The notes under the pieces are model-generated. The model saw nothing but the letters and a program-made list of their open reading frames with translations, searched no databases and was not told the DNA's origin. Below, in pieces: positions 13,175 to 27,403 of a stretch of 64,000 nucleotides of DNA. The stretch comes from Mobula hypostoma (Eukaryota), in assembly GCF_963921235.1 (NCBI RefSeq), contig NC_086097.1, positions 251,102,001 through 251,166,000 on the forward strand, given 5' to 3'. Each line of letters starts with the position of its first letter. Position 1 is the first letter of the stretch. Made by a program: the position numbers and the translations under genes.

Positions 13175-14248
13175 AATCAGAATCAGGTTTATTATCACCG
13201 GCATGTGACATGAAATTTGTTAACTTAGCAGCAGCAGTTCAATGCAATGCATTACCTCGCTTTATGTCGCCTCTGGAAATTCCATTTGGCGGACAATTTC
13301 CCTCCACGCCGCTCTGACATATTGGGAAATTATGTACTCGGCAGGTTACAGCAGCGGTTTGCCTTTGCCGACTGCCGGGTGAGTTTAAAGAGATCACCAC
13401 CTCTTGCAGTGGATGACCAGGACGTCTAAGTGCCTTGTCGTACTCTTAGCGCTCCACAACGCCTGCTGGCCTGCCTTCTTGACCATTGGACCATTGATTG
13501 GTCTCCTCCGCTCCATCTGCCAGGGCCAGACTTCACACGCTGGGACAGGCAGATCCCTTACCTCACCGAGAGTCAAAGACCCGTCGGCTACCCTCACCTG
13601 GTTTGGCCCGTCTGCCGAGATGGCCCAGAGGTGCTACCCCTCCCTAGACACCCCATACACTCTAATGCATAATCTAGCAGAGAAAAAAATAATAAATAAA
13701 ATAAAAAATAATAATAAATAAACAAGTAAATCAATTACGTATATTGAATAGATTTTTAAAAACGTGCAAAAACAGAAATACTGTATTTTTTTTTTAAAAG
13801 TGAGGTAGCATCCAAGGATTCAGTGTGCATTTAGGAATCGGATGGCAGAGGGGAAGAAGCTGTTCCTGAATCGCTGAGTGTGTGCCTTCAGGCTTCTGTA
13901 CCTCCTACCTGATGGTAACAGTGAGAAAAGGGCATGCCCTGGGTGCTGGAGGTCCTTAATAATGGACACTGTCTTTCTGAGACATCGCTCCCTGAAGATG
14001 TCCTGGGTACTTTGTAGGCTAGTACCCAAGATGGAGCTGACTAGATTTACAACCCTCTGCAGCTTCTTTCGGTCCTGTGCAGTAGCCTCTCCATACCAGA
14101 CAGTGATGCAGCCTGTCAGAATGCTCTCCACAGTACAACTATAGAAGTTTTTGAGTGTATTTGTTGACATGCCTTCTCCTAATAAACTCCTAATAAAGTA
14201 TAGCCACTGTCTTGCCTTCTTTATAACTACATCGTTATGTTGGGACAT
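13175..14248 (-). mobile_element. Rex1/Babar-like LINE 3' end (young copy) carrying a 411-bp insertion
   Basis: ORF 13820..14248 ...ESILTGCITVWYG...HPGHALFSLLPSGRRYRS...RNSFFPSAIR; (TTCTGA)n tail; interrupted at 13253-13663 by an insert with TSD AATGCAT. Many older copies occur (about 284-880, 15530-15980, 17780-18000, 19740-20165, 45580-45850, 63790-64000). Confidence 0.85.
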
Positions 14249-14301
14249 ATCCTGTAAGACTAAATAGAAATTATTTTCTCCTTTTTAATCTTTGACAATA
14301 G

Positions 14302-14441
14302 GTATATGCGAAATGATTTGAATCGGCTACAGATGTGGTGCAGAAATAAGCAACACGGCTGTGAAACAATCTGTTCTTTAGAAGCGATTGACAGACATGA
14401 AAGTGAGTGTGAATACAGCCGGGTTCCCTGCTTAAATGCGG
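14302..14441 (+). CDS. rnf41l: RNF41/RNF151-like, coding exon 2 (SINA/TRAF-type zinc finger)
   Basis: Not in the ORF track. Polypyrimidine tract + tag| at 14301; reads (R)YMRNDLNRLQMWCRNKQHGCETICSLEAIDRHESECEYSRVPCLNA(G); donor G|gtaagt at 14442; 140 nt, phases 2/1 fit both neighbours. Confidence 0.92.
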
Positions 14442-17400
14442 GTAAGTGAAAGGTAACAAAATTATACAAATCCAGGATTTCATTATTAGAACTGCCTTTA
14501 ACTATTGTTTTAAATTGGTTTCCCTAATTAATTACAAACACAAGAAAGTCTGTAGATACTGGAAATCCAGAGCAACACACACAAAACGCTGGAGGAACTC
14601 AATAGGTCAGGTAGCATCTATGGATAAGAGCAAACAGTTGACTTTTCGGGCCAAGACCCTTCATCAAGACTGAGAAGGAAGTGGGGAGATGCCTGAATTA
14701 GATGGTAGGGGGGTGGGGTGGAAGGCTAACTGGAAGGTGATAGGTGAAGCCAGGTGGGTGAGGAAGGTCGAGGGCTGGAGAAGGAAGAATCTGATGGGAG
14801 GGGAGAGTGGACAATAGGAGAAAGAGAAGGAGGAGGGGGCCCAGGGGGAAATAATAGGCAGGTGAGAAGTGGTAAAAGGTCAGATTGGAGAATAGGGAGG
14901 GGGATAATTTTTCTTCACCCGAAGGAGAAATTTACCGGCATCTTACCCTTTCCCTGTTAGTCCTAATGAAGGGTCTCGCCAAAAACATCGACTGTTTACC
15001 CTTTTTCATAAATGCTGCCTGACCTGCTGAGTTCCTCCAGCATTTTGTGTGTGTTGCACAGAGCTTCTTTCATTGGCCACCATTTTAGTTGAACTTGTAA
15101 GAAAAACTTGCTTATTGAATGATTGGTTGTCTGGCGATCTGGCAATGACAGGAAACCTGTGTGGGAGAGTGAATGAACCCACTGCTAAATTCTTTGACTT
15201 AGAAAGTATTCCCTTTCCCCTCAACTTTTTGAATGTACTTCTGTCTCCTATCTCTCTTGCAACTGCCCTGCAAGGTTTTTGCTCCTTTTAAGTCACTGAA
15301 TGGTTCTAAACAATGTGAAAAAAAATGTTGACTATGATAGCACATTATATCTCATTACGAATCCTGATGAAGGGTCTCAGCCCAAAGCGTTGACTGCTTC
15401 CTTTCCATAGCTACTGCCTGACCTGCTAAGTTCCTCCAGTATTCTTTGTGCTACTCTGGATTTCCAGCTTCTGCAGAATCTCTTGAATTTCTATTTTTCT
15501 TAGATTAATTTCCAATATCATCATGCCTCACTACACATCATCCGCACCAGCCTACCTGCCATCAAAGACGTATCTACAAAAAGGTGCCAGAAGAGGGCTA
15601 GTAACATCATGAAGGATCCCACCCACCCTGCTCATGTCTGTCCCACTCCCATCAGGGAGGAGGCTACGTAGCATCTACACCAGGACCACCAGACACAAAA
15701 ACAGTTACTTTCCCCAAGCAGTGAGGCTGTTCAACACCTCCACCCACTCACCCACCCCTCCACACCCCCAACCACCATTAAATCATTTCCTGTCAGTCAC
15801 CTTATGTACAGACACTCCTGTGCCTAACATCATTTTAAGTATTTTAATTATTTTTAAAAATTATTATTGTGTTTTTCATCTTTTAGTGGGGTTTTTTTGA
15901 GCTGTGTTTGATCTGGAGTAACAATTATTTTGTTCTCCTTTACATTTGTATACAGGAAATGACAATAAACAATCTTGAATCTGCATGATAGTACTGACAG
16001 TATAATAAATGTGCTCCCTTGTGTGCTGTGCAGTTTTCAAAAGATTTAGGCAACTGAAGTAAAGCTCCACTTTCCATTTCTTTGTACAAGTATTTGAAGT
16101 CTCCCTCTACCCATTTTCCTTTAGGTGGCATTTACATGTGCTATGGATGTGGTATGTATGTACTTAACAATGAATTTTTTTACAGTGCAGTGTTAATTCT
16201 TACTTTCTCATTAAAAACATTTTTTTGTGTGTTTTGGTGCTGTGATATGAATGATTTTGTGCTTGGTAACAGACAGCCTCTAGTCATACTCATAGAGTGC
16301 TACAGCAGGACAGGCCCTTTGGCCAATCTGGTCTGTGTATAAACATAAAGAAAGCTTATGAGTAATACATTTGGCACCAGCTTGGCTGCTGGAGCTGCCG
16401 GAAGGATCTTCAGTGACGTCCAGCCGCCTGAGGGGCTCCGTTCCAAATTTGTGGTGTGGGTTTACTCCCATAGCTTTCGTCTCTCCTAAGGCTGCTCACA
16501 AGGCAGTGGGGATATTTACCCATAGCTGGGGATCTGGTTCACAAGTACCAGGGCGAGTCCACACACTGGAAGACCTACATGATGCATGTACAGGGGTTAG
16601 ACCTCTTCCCCATCCTCTGTAGTTCAGCCTGGGTCCAAAAGGAGTTCAGTTTCCGTGTGTCGCCAGCGAGGAGGCACTACATGAGGCTTGCTGTTGGAGA
16701 GGCTGTGTACTGACAGGGAGAGACTGACACATTCAGCTCTCCTTTTCACAAGACTGCTGGCCAGCGGTGGAAGCTGAAAGTGAGAACGACAAGCACTACC
16801 CACTACACTACCGCATGAGACACATCACAAAAACCATTTGGACCCCACAAATATACATGTATATAGAAATGAGAGAACTTTTCTCTGAACCAAGGTGTAA
16901 AACACAGTAGTACACGTAACACACAATAACATATGAAAGTAAGTATAAAATCTACAGATGAATCACACATAAATAATGAACTAAAGTGTATAAATTAAAT
17001 ACTGTAAGATATAAAACAGATGAGCCAGTGACACTTCAAATATGATGCAGCAAGGAATTAAGAAGCCTAATGGCCTGGGGGAAGAAATTGTTTCCCATCC
17101 TGACCGTTTTTGTTTTTATGCATCGGAGTCTCCTGCCTGATGGTGGAAAGTTAGAGGATGCTGGCTGGATGGTGGAATCTTGAATAATAATCCACCTTTC
17201 ACCCTTGGCCCTTGGCTCTTGACTTCTGGTTGCAGTCCCACCCAACCTTAGGGTAAATGCAAGCTGACTTTTTCCACTGTCTATATACCTCTTTCAAATC
17301 TCCCCTCATTCTGCTACACTCCAGGGAATGAAGTTCTAACCTATTCGATCTTTCCCTGTAACCAGTTGAGGATATTATGCCTCCAAAGGCTGCTGAATAG

Positions 17401-18659
17401 TAGAATATATAAAGAAGGCTGACACTATAGTGCCGAGAAAAGGCAAAGCTACAAATGGAATGTTGAAGTAATATCCGATTACGTCCTGGCCCTTAATGAT
17501 CCAGTGTCACTATTCAAAGTAAATTTATTATGTAAGTACGTATACAGTATGTCACTATAAATTACCTTGAGATTCATTTTCTTGCAGGCATTCACAGAAC
17601 AAAGAAATACAACAGAATCAGTGAAAAACCACACACAAAGACTGACAAGCAACCATTGTACAAAACTCTGCGAATACAAAAACACTAATCATACATACAT
17701 ACTGAGAACATGAATTGTTGAGTGTTTATGAGTGAGGCCATTGATTGTGGAATCATTTCACAGTTAAGGTGAGTGAAGTTATCCACACCAATTCAGGACC
17801 CTGATGATTGAAGTGTAATAGCTGTTCCTAAACCTAGTGGTGCAGGACCTAAGACTCCTTGTACTTGGTAGCCACAAGAAGAGAGTATGGCCTGGATGGT
17901 GGTGGTCCTTGCTGATGGATACTGCTCTCTTGTGACACTGCTCCTTGTAGATGGTGGGAGGGGCTTTTCCGGTGATGGATTGGGCTGTATCCACTACTTG
18001 TTAACAGAGAATGTAAAGTTTCCCAGAGTTTAATGTTCCTCCATAAACAAAACTGTAATGGGAAGTGCATTTACTGCCTTTGTGGGGAAGAATGGTATTT
18101 CTTATCATCACTGACATGTTTCATGTAATTTGTTGTATTGAAGCAGTAGTACAGCCATTGTTCATCATTATTATGAGCCATGTCAAATGACATTGGTGAT
18201 CCTGGTCTTTATGATCATGATTGTTCTTGGCAAATTTTTTATAGAAGAGGTTTGTCATTTCCTTCTGAGCAGTGTCTTTGCAAGACAAGTGACCCCAGCC
18301 ATTATCAATACCCTTCAGAGATTGCTTGGTGTCAGGACTTGTGATAGGCACCAGCTGTTCATACAACCATCCACCACCGCTCCCCTGGCTTCATGTGACC
18401 CTGTTCAGGGGCTACACCTTGTCCAAGGGTGACATGCAGGCTAGCAGAAGGAAGGGGTGCCTTTACACTGCCTTTGGTAGGGATGTGTCTCTACCCCGCC
18501 ACACAAGTATAACAGTATCACAACGCTATTACAGCTCGGGCGTTGGAGTTCAATTCGGACACCTCTGTCAGGAGTCCGTACGTCCTTCCTGTGACGTGGG
18601 TTTCCTCCTACATTCCAAAGGTATACCATTTAGCAGGTGAAATGGTCATTGTAAATTCT

Positions 18660-19556
18660 AAATGAAAGGGTGGAGCTGTTGTGGATAGTGTGGAGTGCTG
18701 TCAGAGGTTACAGCGGGACATTGATAGGATGCAAACATGGGCTGAGAAGTGGCAGATGAGTTCAAACCAGATAAGTGTGAGGTGGTTCATTTTGGTAGGT
18801 GAAATATGATGACAGAATGTAGTATTAATGGTAAGACTCTTGGCAGTGTGGAGGATCAGAGGGATCTTGGGGTCCGAGCCCATAGGACACTCAAGGCTGC
18901 TGCACAGGTTGACTCTGTGGTTAAGGAAGCATACGGTGCATTGGCCTTCATCAATCATGGGACTGAGTTTAGGAGCCAAGAGGTAATGTTGCAGCTATCT
19001 AGGACCCTGGTCAGACCCCACTTGGAGTACTGTGCTCAGTTCAGGTTGCCACACTATAGGAAGGATGCGGAAACCATAGAAAGGGTGCAGAGGAGATTTA
19101 CAAGGATGTTGCCTGGATTGGGGAGCATGCCTTAGGAGAATAGGTTGAGTGAACTTGGCCTTTTCTCCTTAGAGCGACGGAGGATGAGAGATGACCTGAT
19201 AGAGGTGTATAAGATGATGAGAGGCATTGATCGTGTGAATAGTCAGAGGCTTTTTCCCAGGGCTGAAATGGCTCACACGAGAGGGTACAGTTTTAAGCTG
19301 CTTGGAAGTAGGTACGGAGGAGATGTCAAGGGTAAGTTTTTTACACAGAGAGTGGTGAGTGTGTGGAATGGGCTGCCGGCAACGGTGGTGGAGGCGGATA
19401 CGATAGGGTCTTTTAAGAAACTCCTGGATAGGTATATGGAGCTCAGAAAAATAGAGGGCTATGGGTAACCCTTGGTAATTTCTCAGGTAAGGACATGTTC
19501 AGCGCAGCTTTGTGGGCCGAAGGGCCTGTATTGTGCTGTAGGTTTTCGATGTTTCT
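18660..19556 (+). mobile_element. CR1 LINE 3' fragment
   Basis: VRPHLEYC...ERVQRRFTRM...FFTQRVV motifs with stops; sibling copy at about 59830-60746. Confidence 0.9.
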
Positions 19557-22116
19557 AAATTGTCTCGTGATTGGCCTAGGGTTAAATAGACAGGTTGCTG
19601 GGCTTCTTGGGCCAGAAGGGACTGTTCCACACTGTATCTCTAAATAAAATAAATTCTGAATTGCAATAAAGATATAAAAAATAAGTAGTGCAAAAAGAAA
19701 GGAAAATAGTGAGGTAGTGTTCATAGGTTCCTGGGACGTTCAGAAATCTGATAATAGAGGGGAAGAAACTATGCCTGAATCATTAAGTGTGTGTCTTCAG
19801 GCTCCTGTATCTCCTCCCTGATGGTAGCAGTGGAAAGAGGGCATGTTCTGGGTGATGGGCGTCTGAAATGATGGATGCCATCTTTTTGAGGAATCGCCGT
19901 TTGAAGATACCGTGGATGCTGAGGTTACTAGTGCTCATGATGGAGCTGGCTAAGTTTACAACCCTCTGCAGCTTTTACCGATCCTCAGCAGTGGCTCCTC
20001 CGTACCAGATGGTGATGCAGCCAGTTAGAATGCTCGCCACTGTACATCTGTAGAAATTTGCAAGTGTCTTTGGTGACGTTCCAAATCTCCCAAAACTCCT
20101 AATGAAATATAGCCACTGACGTATCTTCTTCATTATTGCTTCAATATTTGGGCCCAGGATAGATCCTAATGTAATATTTTGAAATTCCAAATATGACTTC
20201 CATTTTACTAAACCATGATATTTAATTATTTTTAGTAATCTATTCCCAAAATACTACCATTAATACTTGATATTTTTCAATACATGATCATGTATGTAAG
20301 TGTCACTGGATTTTATTAGAATCTGGTTTGATATCACTGGCCTATATCATGAAATTTGTTGTTTTTCAGCAGAAGTACATTGCAATACACGAAACTATAA
20401 ATTGTAACAAGAAATATTTTTTTAAAAATTAAATATGTAGTTCAAAAAAGAGAGTAGAAAAAATGCTGAGGTAATGTTTGTTGGTTCATTACCCATTAAG
20501 GAATCTGATGGCAGAGGTGGAAAAAGCTATTCCTGAAATGTTGAGTGTGTGTCTCCAGGGTCCTGTACCACCATCTTGATAACATTGAGTGCCCTGGTGA
20601 TGGGGATCCTTAATGATAGATGCCACCTTTTTGAGGCATCTGCTTTAGAAGATATTCTCGATGCTGGGGAGGCTAGTGCCCATGATTACAGTCTTGTGCA
20701 ACTTTTTCCATTACTGTGCAGTTGCCCTTCCATACCAGATAGTGTTGCAATCAGTTAGAATTTTCCTCACAGTACAACTGTAGAAATTTCTGATTCTGTT
20801 TGATGTCATACCAAGTATCCTTAAACTCCGAATAAATATAGCCACTGTCATCTGCCTTTGTAATTGCGTCAACATGTCGGGCCCAGGATAGATCTTCAAA
20901 GATGTTGACACCCAGGAACTTGAAGTTGCTTACTCTCTCCACTGTTGATCCCTCAATGAGAACTGATGGGTTCAACTGCCGCTTCCTGAAGTCCACAATC
21001 AATTTCTTGGTCTCACTGATGTTGAGACCATAAGACAAAGGAGCAGAAGTCGGCCATTCGGCCCATCGAGTCTGCTCTGCCATTTTATCATGAGCTGATC
21101 CATTCTCCCATTTAGTCCCACTCCCCCACCTTCTCACCATAACCTTTGATGCCCTGGCTACTCAGATACCTATCAATCTCTGCCTTAAATACACCCAATG
21201 ACTTGGCCTCCACTGCTGCCCGTGGCAACAAATTCCATAGATTCACCACCCTCTGGCTAAGTGAGTGCAAGATTGTTGTTGCAACATCACTCAACCAGCT
21301 GATATGTCTCACTCTTGTACACCACCTCGTCACCATCTGAAATTCTGCTAACAATATTTGTGTCATTGGCAAACTTATAGATGATATTTGGGCTATGCCT
21401 AGCCACAAAATCATGTGTGTAGAGAGAGTACAGCACTGGGTCAAGCATGTATCTTGGAGGTACGGGTGAGGAACTTTGACTTTCATTTCTTAGTTTAGCT
21501 CTTCTTCTTTGCGTCCATACTACTGAACATTTCTGTAAATATGTGCCAGAAAAAGGTAATTAAAGTGACTATCATCAAGGAAACAAGCACCTAGGTCATG
21601 CTGTCTTCTCGATACTGCCATCAGGAAGGAGTTACTGGAGACCTGGGTCCCAGACCACCAGGTTCTGGAACAGTTATTACTCTCCAATCATCAGGCTCCT
21701 GAACTGGTGTGGATAACTTCTCTCACCTCAACACTGAACTGATTCCATAGCTGACAGACTCACTTTCAAGGACTCTACAACTCATGTTCTCAATGTTATT
21801 TATCATGTATGTATTTATTTAGTTGTATTTTCACAGTTTGTCTTCCTTTGCACATTGGTTATTTGTAGTTTTTCACTGATTCTATCATTTCCCTTTGTTC
21901 TATTGTGAATGCCCGAAGAAAATGAATCTCGGGGTGGTATATTGTGACATAGGCATACATCGATAATAAATTGAATTTGAACTTTGAGGTGTCAGAATTG
22001 CAAAATGTTATCACCTCAGTCACTTTTTGAAAATGGTTACAGGGTACTGCATTCCGTTACCTTTACCCTGTATTTTCAAGTTAAGAAGACCTGTCACATA
22101 AAATGATATTGTTGCT

Positions 22117-22263
22117 CAAACAACAGGAATTCTGCAGATGCTGGAAATTCAAGCAACACACATCAAAGTTGCTGGTGAACGCAGCAGGAAACGTCGACTG
22201 CACCTCTTCCTAGAGATGCTGCCTGGCCTGCTGCGTTCACCAGCAACTTTGATGTGTGTTGCT
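22117..22263. mobile_element. Short inverted (fold-back) Penelope-like terminus
   Basis: 39-bp inverted arms (22150-22188 / 22227-22265), flanked by TGATATTGTTGCT at 22104 and 22264. Confidence 0.88.
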
Positions 22264-22461
22264 TGATATTGTTGCTAATCCTTTTATTAAGACATTAGAT
22301 TTGAACTCTATTTCAGAAGTTTTAAGAAGATTGCTGTGGTCCTGAATGCTACTCCCCCCCCCCCCTGTACTGATTGCATGTTCCAATATTGTTCTTTTAT
22401 GATATATTTATAATTCCAATTAACATTTGTCCGATATTTGTTGATTCACCTTCCTGCAAAG

Positions 22462-22624
22462 GTTGTACTGTTCAAGTAGAACGACGCGGTCTGGAAGCTC
22501 ACATGGCAGTGTGTGAATGCCGAAGCCGGGAATGCTCCAATGGTTGTGGTTACGCCATGCTCAGTGCAGATGACGCTCAGCACAACTGTATAGCGGAACT
22601 GAGGACGGAACTGGAATTGCTAAG
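22462..22624 (+). CDS. rnf41l: RNF41/RNF151-like, coding exon 3 (TRAF-type zinc finger, start of coiled coil)
   Basis: Acceptor aaag| at 22461; (G)CTVQVERRGLEAHMAVCECRSRECSNGCGYAMLSADDAQHNCIAELRTELELL(R); donor AG|gtatgt at 22625; 163 nt, phases 1/2. Confidence 0.92.
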
Positions 22625-24490
22625 GTATGTAACGGATCTCTGCACAATCCTGACCTTGTTGGTCATTATCTTTAGCACATCAAGAACTTTGATTCTGAAT
22701 TCTTAGTATTCATTGGATTTTTATAACTATCAGAACTACCAGTTAACTTTTCCCATTTTTATTCTCACGCTGAAAGCCCTTCGGTGTATCTGTGTATTCT
22801 GTACAATAAGGAACTCTAGGCTGATAACATTACTGGATTTCTAGTACATAGCTATTAAAGATAAATGGGATTAAATATTAGCTTTATATGTTACATGTAC
22901 AGTGAAATACAGTGTGTCAAAGGTCAGCGTAGTCCAAGGATCTTTATCTTTAAAAAAGTGTAGCCACATTTCCAGCGCCCACATATCATGCCTACAGCTA
23001 ACTAACCCCAAGTCTTTGGAATGTGGAAGAAAGCGGAGCATCCGGGGAAACCCACGCAGTCACAGGGAGAATAGACAGCGACTGGAATTGAACTCTGATC
23101 TTTGCAACACTCGTGCACTGAATGCCACCCCACGGTGCTGCCCCAGCAGCAGTTAATAAATTAGCAGTAACATCAATTTTATCCTGTTGGATTTAAAGAT
23201 TAAAAGATGGTCACCACAGTAGCATAGTGGTTAACATAACATTTTACAGCACCAATGATCAGGGTTCAATTCCCAACACTGTTTGTAGGGAGTTTAAACA
23301 TCTCTCCATGACCACGTAGGTTTCCTCTAGGTCCTCCGCTTTTCTCCCACATCCCAAACACATGTAAGGGTTAATAAGTTGTGGGCATGCTGCGTTGGCA
23401 GCGGAAGCCCAGTGACCTTTACAGGCTGCCCACAGCACAACCCTTGGACTGTGCTGATCATTGATGCAAATAAAAAAAAGTACAAAATTCAAAGTACATA
23501 CATGTCACCATGCACAAACCTGAGATTCATTTTCTTGTGGGCATACTCAGTAAATCCAAGAACCATTATAGAATCAATGAAAGACAGCACCCAACTGAGC
23601 GGACAGTCAGTTTTTAAAAGAAAACTGCTAATACAAAAGAAATAATAATAATAAGTAAAGAAGCAATAAATATCGAGAACATGAGACGAAGAGTCCTTGA
23701 AAGAGAGCCTATAGGTTGTGAGAACATTTTAGTGATGGGGCAAGTGAAGTTGAGTGAAGTTATCCCCTTTGGTTCAAGAGCCTGATTGTTGAGGGGTTCC
23801 TGAACCCGGTGGTGTGAGTCCTACTTCTCCTGTACCTTCTTCCCGATGGCAGCAAGGAGAAGCCCATAAGATATAGGAACAGAATTAGCCCATTTGGCCC
23901 ATCAAGTCTGCTCCACCATTTCATCATGGCTGATCCAGTTCCCTCTTAGCTCAATCTTCTGCCTTCTCTCCATATCCCCTCATGCCCTGATTATTCAAGA
24001 ATCTATCAATATCTGCCTTAAATATACCCAATGACTTGGCTTCCACAGCTGCCTGTGGCGAAGAATTCCACTCTCTGGCTGAAGAAATTCCTGATCTCCA
24101 TTCTAACTGGACATCCCTCTATGCTGAGGCTGAGTCCTCTGGTCTTAGACTCACTGAGCACATGCACTCCACTTCCACTCTATTGAGGCCTTGCAACTCG
24201 GTAGATCCTCCCCTCATTCTGCAGAATTCCAGTCAGTACAAGCTCAGAGCCATTAAATGCTCCTCACTTGATAAGTAACAGGGTGATAAGTAATATGGTA
24301 ACTACCATCCTCTCACCTTATCTGCTTACCAGCCTATCACCTCCCTCCCTCTGGTGCTCCTTCCCCCTTTCTTTCTTCCATGGCCTTCTGTCCTCTCCTA
24401 TCCAATTCCCACTTCTGCAGCCCTGTATCTCTTTCACCTATCAATTTTCCAGCTCCTTACTTCATCCTTCCCGGTTTCACCTATCGCCTT

Positions 24491-25120
24491 TGTTGTGGCG
24501 TGGATGAAATCACTGGAGAGAGTTACTGGTAGATACAAAGCAGCTTCTTTATTCGACAAAACAGTGTACAGCAGGCATCGAGAGGCTTTTGGTGGAAAGG
24601 TCTGCTGGCCCAGTGTGGGACTCGATATTTATTTGCTAAACACAAAGGGCAATCCATATTTACAAAGTATAGATGATTTCTTTTGAAGCTACATACAAAA
24701 CTTCACATTTTCTGATTCCATCCATCCTACCAGCTTCTGGACTGATATTCAGGAATCCATTGTTCCAAACTGAACCCACAATACATTTATTTGGTATTTT
24801 ACCTGCTTAACATGAAGGACAATTCATATTTACAAAGTATAGATAATGCTGTCTTTGAAACTACATGCAAACCTCACACCTTCTGGTTTACATCCATCCC
24901 ACAGGCACCGGCAGCATCTGGACTGGTATTCCAGTATTCACAGCTTTTAGGAAATGCATTGTTACAAATGGACTGGTATTCCGGTATTCACAGCTTTTAG
25001 GAAATGCATTGTTACAAATGGACTGGTATTCCGGTATTCACAGCTTTTAGGAACAAAAGACTGGTGGCCAAAGCCATTTGTTAAGTGTAAATGACCTAAA
25101 CCCAAAAATTACTCTTAACA
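24491..25120 (-). mobile_element. Solo LTR (630 bp) inserted in an old Penelope 3' UTR
   Basis: TGTT...AACA termini; 5-bp flanks GCCTT/ACCTT; AATAAA on minus at 24548-24553; internal 50-bp tandem repeats at 24920/24970/25020. Confidence 0.75.
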
Positions 25121-25249
25121 ACCTTGTGTTTCTTTTTCCCCTGCCCCCACCTTCGAACTCTGACTCCTCATCTTTTTCTCTCCAGTCCTGCTGAAGGGTC
25201 TCCGCCCAAAACATCGAATATACTCTTTTCCATAGACGCTGCCTGGCCT

Positions 25250-25870
25250 GCTGTGTTTCCAAAGTGGTATAATTATTATTGAGAGCAATGGCCGCAGGGG
25301 TACCCTGCATTGGCTGCCTATTTCCCTTCCTGACAGTCACCCAGTTACCTGCCTCCTGCAGCCTAGGGGTGACTGCCTTCCTGGAGCTCCTTTCTATCAC
25401 TTCATCAGTCTCCCTTATGAGCCAGAGGTCATCAAGCTGCAGCTCCAGTTCCTTAACACGTTCTCAGAGGAGCTGCAGCTCGGTGAGACTGGTGCTGACG
25501 TGGTTATCAGGGAGGCTGGAGGATCTCCCAGAATTAGTCATAGTCATACTTTATTGATCCCAAGGGAAATTGGTTAAATTCCACATCTCACACACAACAA
25601 AGCACAGTCCCTGGAGCTATTCGCACTTCACTAACTGCGCCCTAATGGACAAGGAATGAAGAATAGAGAAGAAACTTACCAGATACTTACCTCACGCAAG
25701 CCTAATGAGCCAAAGGCACTCCAACACTGGCTCACTCACACAATTGCCACTCTGCTTGCCCCGCCTTATTTTTATTCACCCTTTCTAATAAATCCCGTTC
25801 ACTGATTGGGTGCCATTCGGCTCCAAACTCTGCCACAAAACACTGCCTTTTTAAAACTTCAGACATGGTC
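25250..25870 (-). mobile_element. CR1 5' UTR and ORF1 N-terminal remnant
   Basis: Translation ...TPRLQEAGNWVTVRKG...GTPAAIALNNNY parallels ORF1 at 52432 (IPRLQESEHWVTVKRG...STPVAVPLSNKY). Confidence 0.8.
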
Positions 25871-26788
25871 CAAAATGAAATCACTGCTTCTTCTCGTGCT
25901 CCCATTCATCGGGTGCAGTCCAACTCCGAAGACAGCATGCCTTGGGGCGGTGGGGGGCATGCTCGCTGGCTATCCACTCAGTCTATGTCTCTTATCATCT
26001 TGATTGCTTACAATTTCTCTGCAGTTGATGTCATCTATGCTTCTAGTTTCTGGGTCATTTTTTTTGCTATTTTGTGTGATTTTGATCGGGGCAGATTGGC
26101 TTTGCAGCCTGCAGTCAGTGGAGGACACAATTCCAAACTGAACTGAACTGAACTACACTGAACGTTACAAGATTGTTTCAAGGACTCTGTGGTGTGATGT
26201 TTGATACTCTGTGTGTCATTCACTCACTTTTTGCTGCTGTTTGTTCTTTTCTTTGCACTTTGGGTGTTTGTTTTTGAACAGGTTCCATGGTGTTTCTTTT
26301 TTTTTGTGGCTGTCAGCAGGAAGAGTACCCCTGTGGACATTCCTCTCAGTGTTGTATACATACTTGGATAATAAATATACTTTGATTTAAACAGTTTTTG
26401 GATGTTTTATTATGTCAATGCGACTGTCAGAAGGATTTGACATGACTGACCATCTGGGATTTGTCAGGATTTAAGGGTAAGGTAAAAACCTTCAATGCTG
26501 AAATTGACCAGAAAGAACTTCATTTTGCTGGTGGAATTGAAGACATGGGTAAAAGTGCAGGTTTTACAACTGGTCGGTGATGAGATGCAATGGAAGGGGA
26601 TCTAAACTTGTAATTGGGTAGTGAGGTTTGAAACGAGATTGCGAAACGTGTACACTGGAGCTGTGGACAAAGGTAGATTCTAACCCACCATCCTTAGCGA
26701 TGGCTTCAGAAACTAGTCAAAGCTTGATGCATCTTTGGTAACATACATCTAACCTCAAGTATTCTCCTTAATTCCTTTTTACATGAAG

Positions 26789-26909
26789 GTCTGAGATGAT
26801 TTGTAAAGTTGAAGAAGTAAAGCATGAAATGGAATCCCGTTTAGATTCTCAAAGAAGACACATGGTACAGAAAGAGAGCTTCCTGCAAAATGAAATCGAG
26901 GAGCTTAAA
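26789..26909 (+). CDS. rnf41l: RNF41/RNF151-like, coding exon 4 (coiled coil)
   Basis: Not in the ORF track. Pyrimidine tract + gaag| at 26788; (R)SEMICKVEEVKHEMESRLDSQRRHMVQKESFLQNEIEELK; donor AAA|gttagt at 26910; 121 nt, phases 2/0. Confidence 0.9.
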
Positions 26910-27403
26910 GTTAGTATGCTTACTCGTAGACATTTTATGAAAGTAGATATGTAGCTGTGACTGTAAATGCTTTGGAAATGCATGGCAAAGTGTCCTAATG
27001 TAATTTGTATTGCAATCACTGCAGTCAACGTTGTGCTAAGGCAGGAGTTCCCCTCCTGCGGTCCATGGTTAGTGGTAGGGGACCAGTGCCTAAAAAGATT
27101 GGAGGCTCCTGTTCTACTGGTGGGCTCTCAGGTGGCTGTAGAGGCTAAGCCGGGATCCACGTACTCTGGTGGATAAGAGTAAGTGGTGCCTGTGGTTAGC
27201 GGTTGGGTCCTTTGCTTGTTCAGTTTCTCCTTTCACAACTGCCACTCGCCCTCTGTGGCCCAGAGTAGGTCGATCTCCTGTAGCAGCTCCCTCTTGAACA
27301 GATTTCCTCCGGGTGCATCGACTAAGTGCAATGTCTTCCCAGTTTTTACATGTCATGCTGAATTCCTTCCAGCTGATTTTGATGTTATCTTTGATGTTAT
27401 CTT

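Noticed and set aside
14955..15400. Further hammerhead-like motifs (also about 14640, 40810, 49850, 63230)
   Set aside because: Older copies with mutated CUGANGA, GAAA or stem III; not called as ribozymes.
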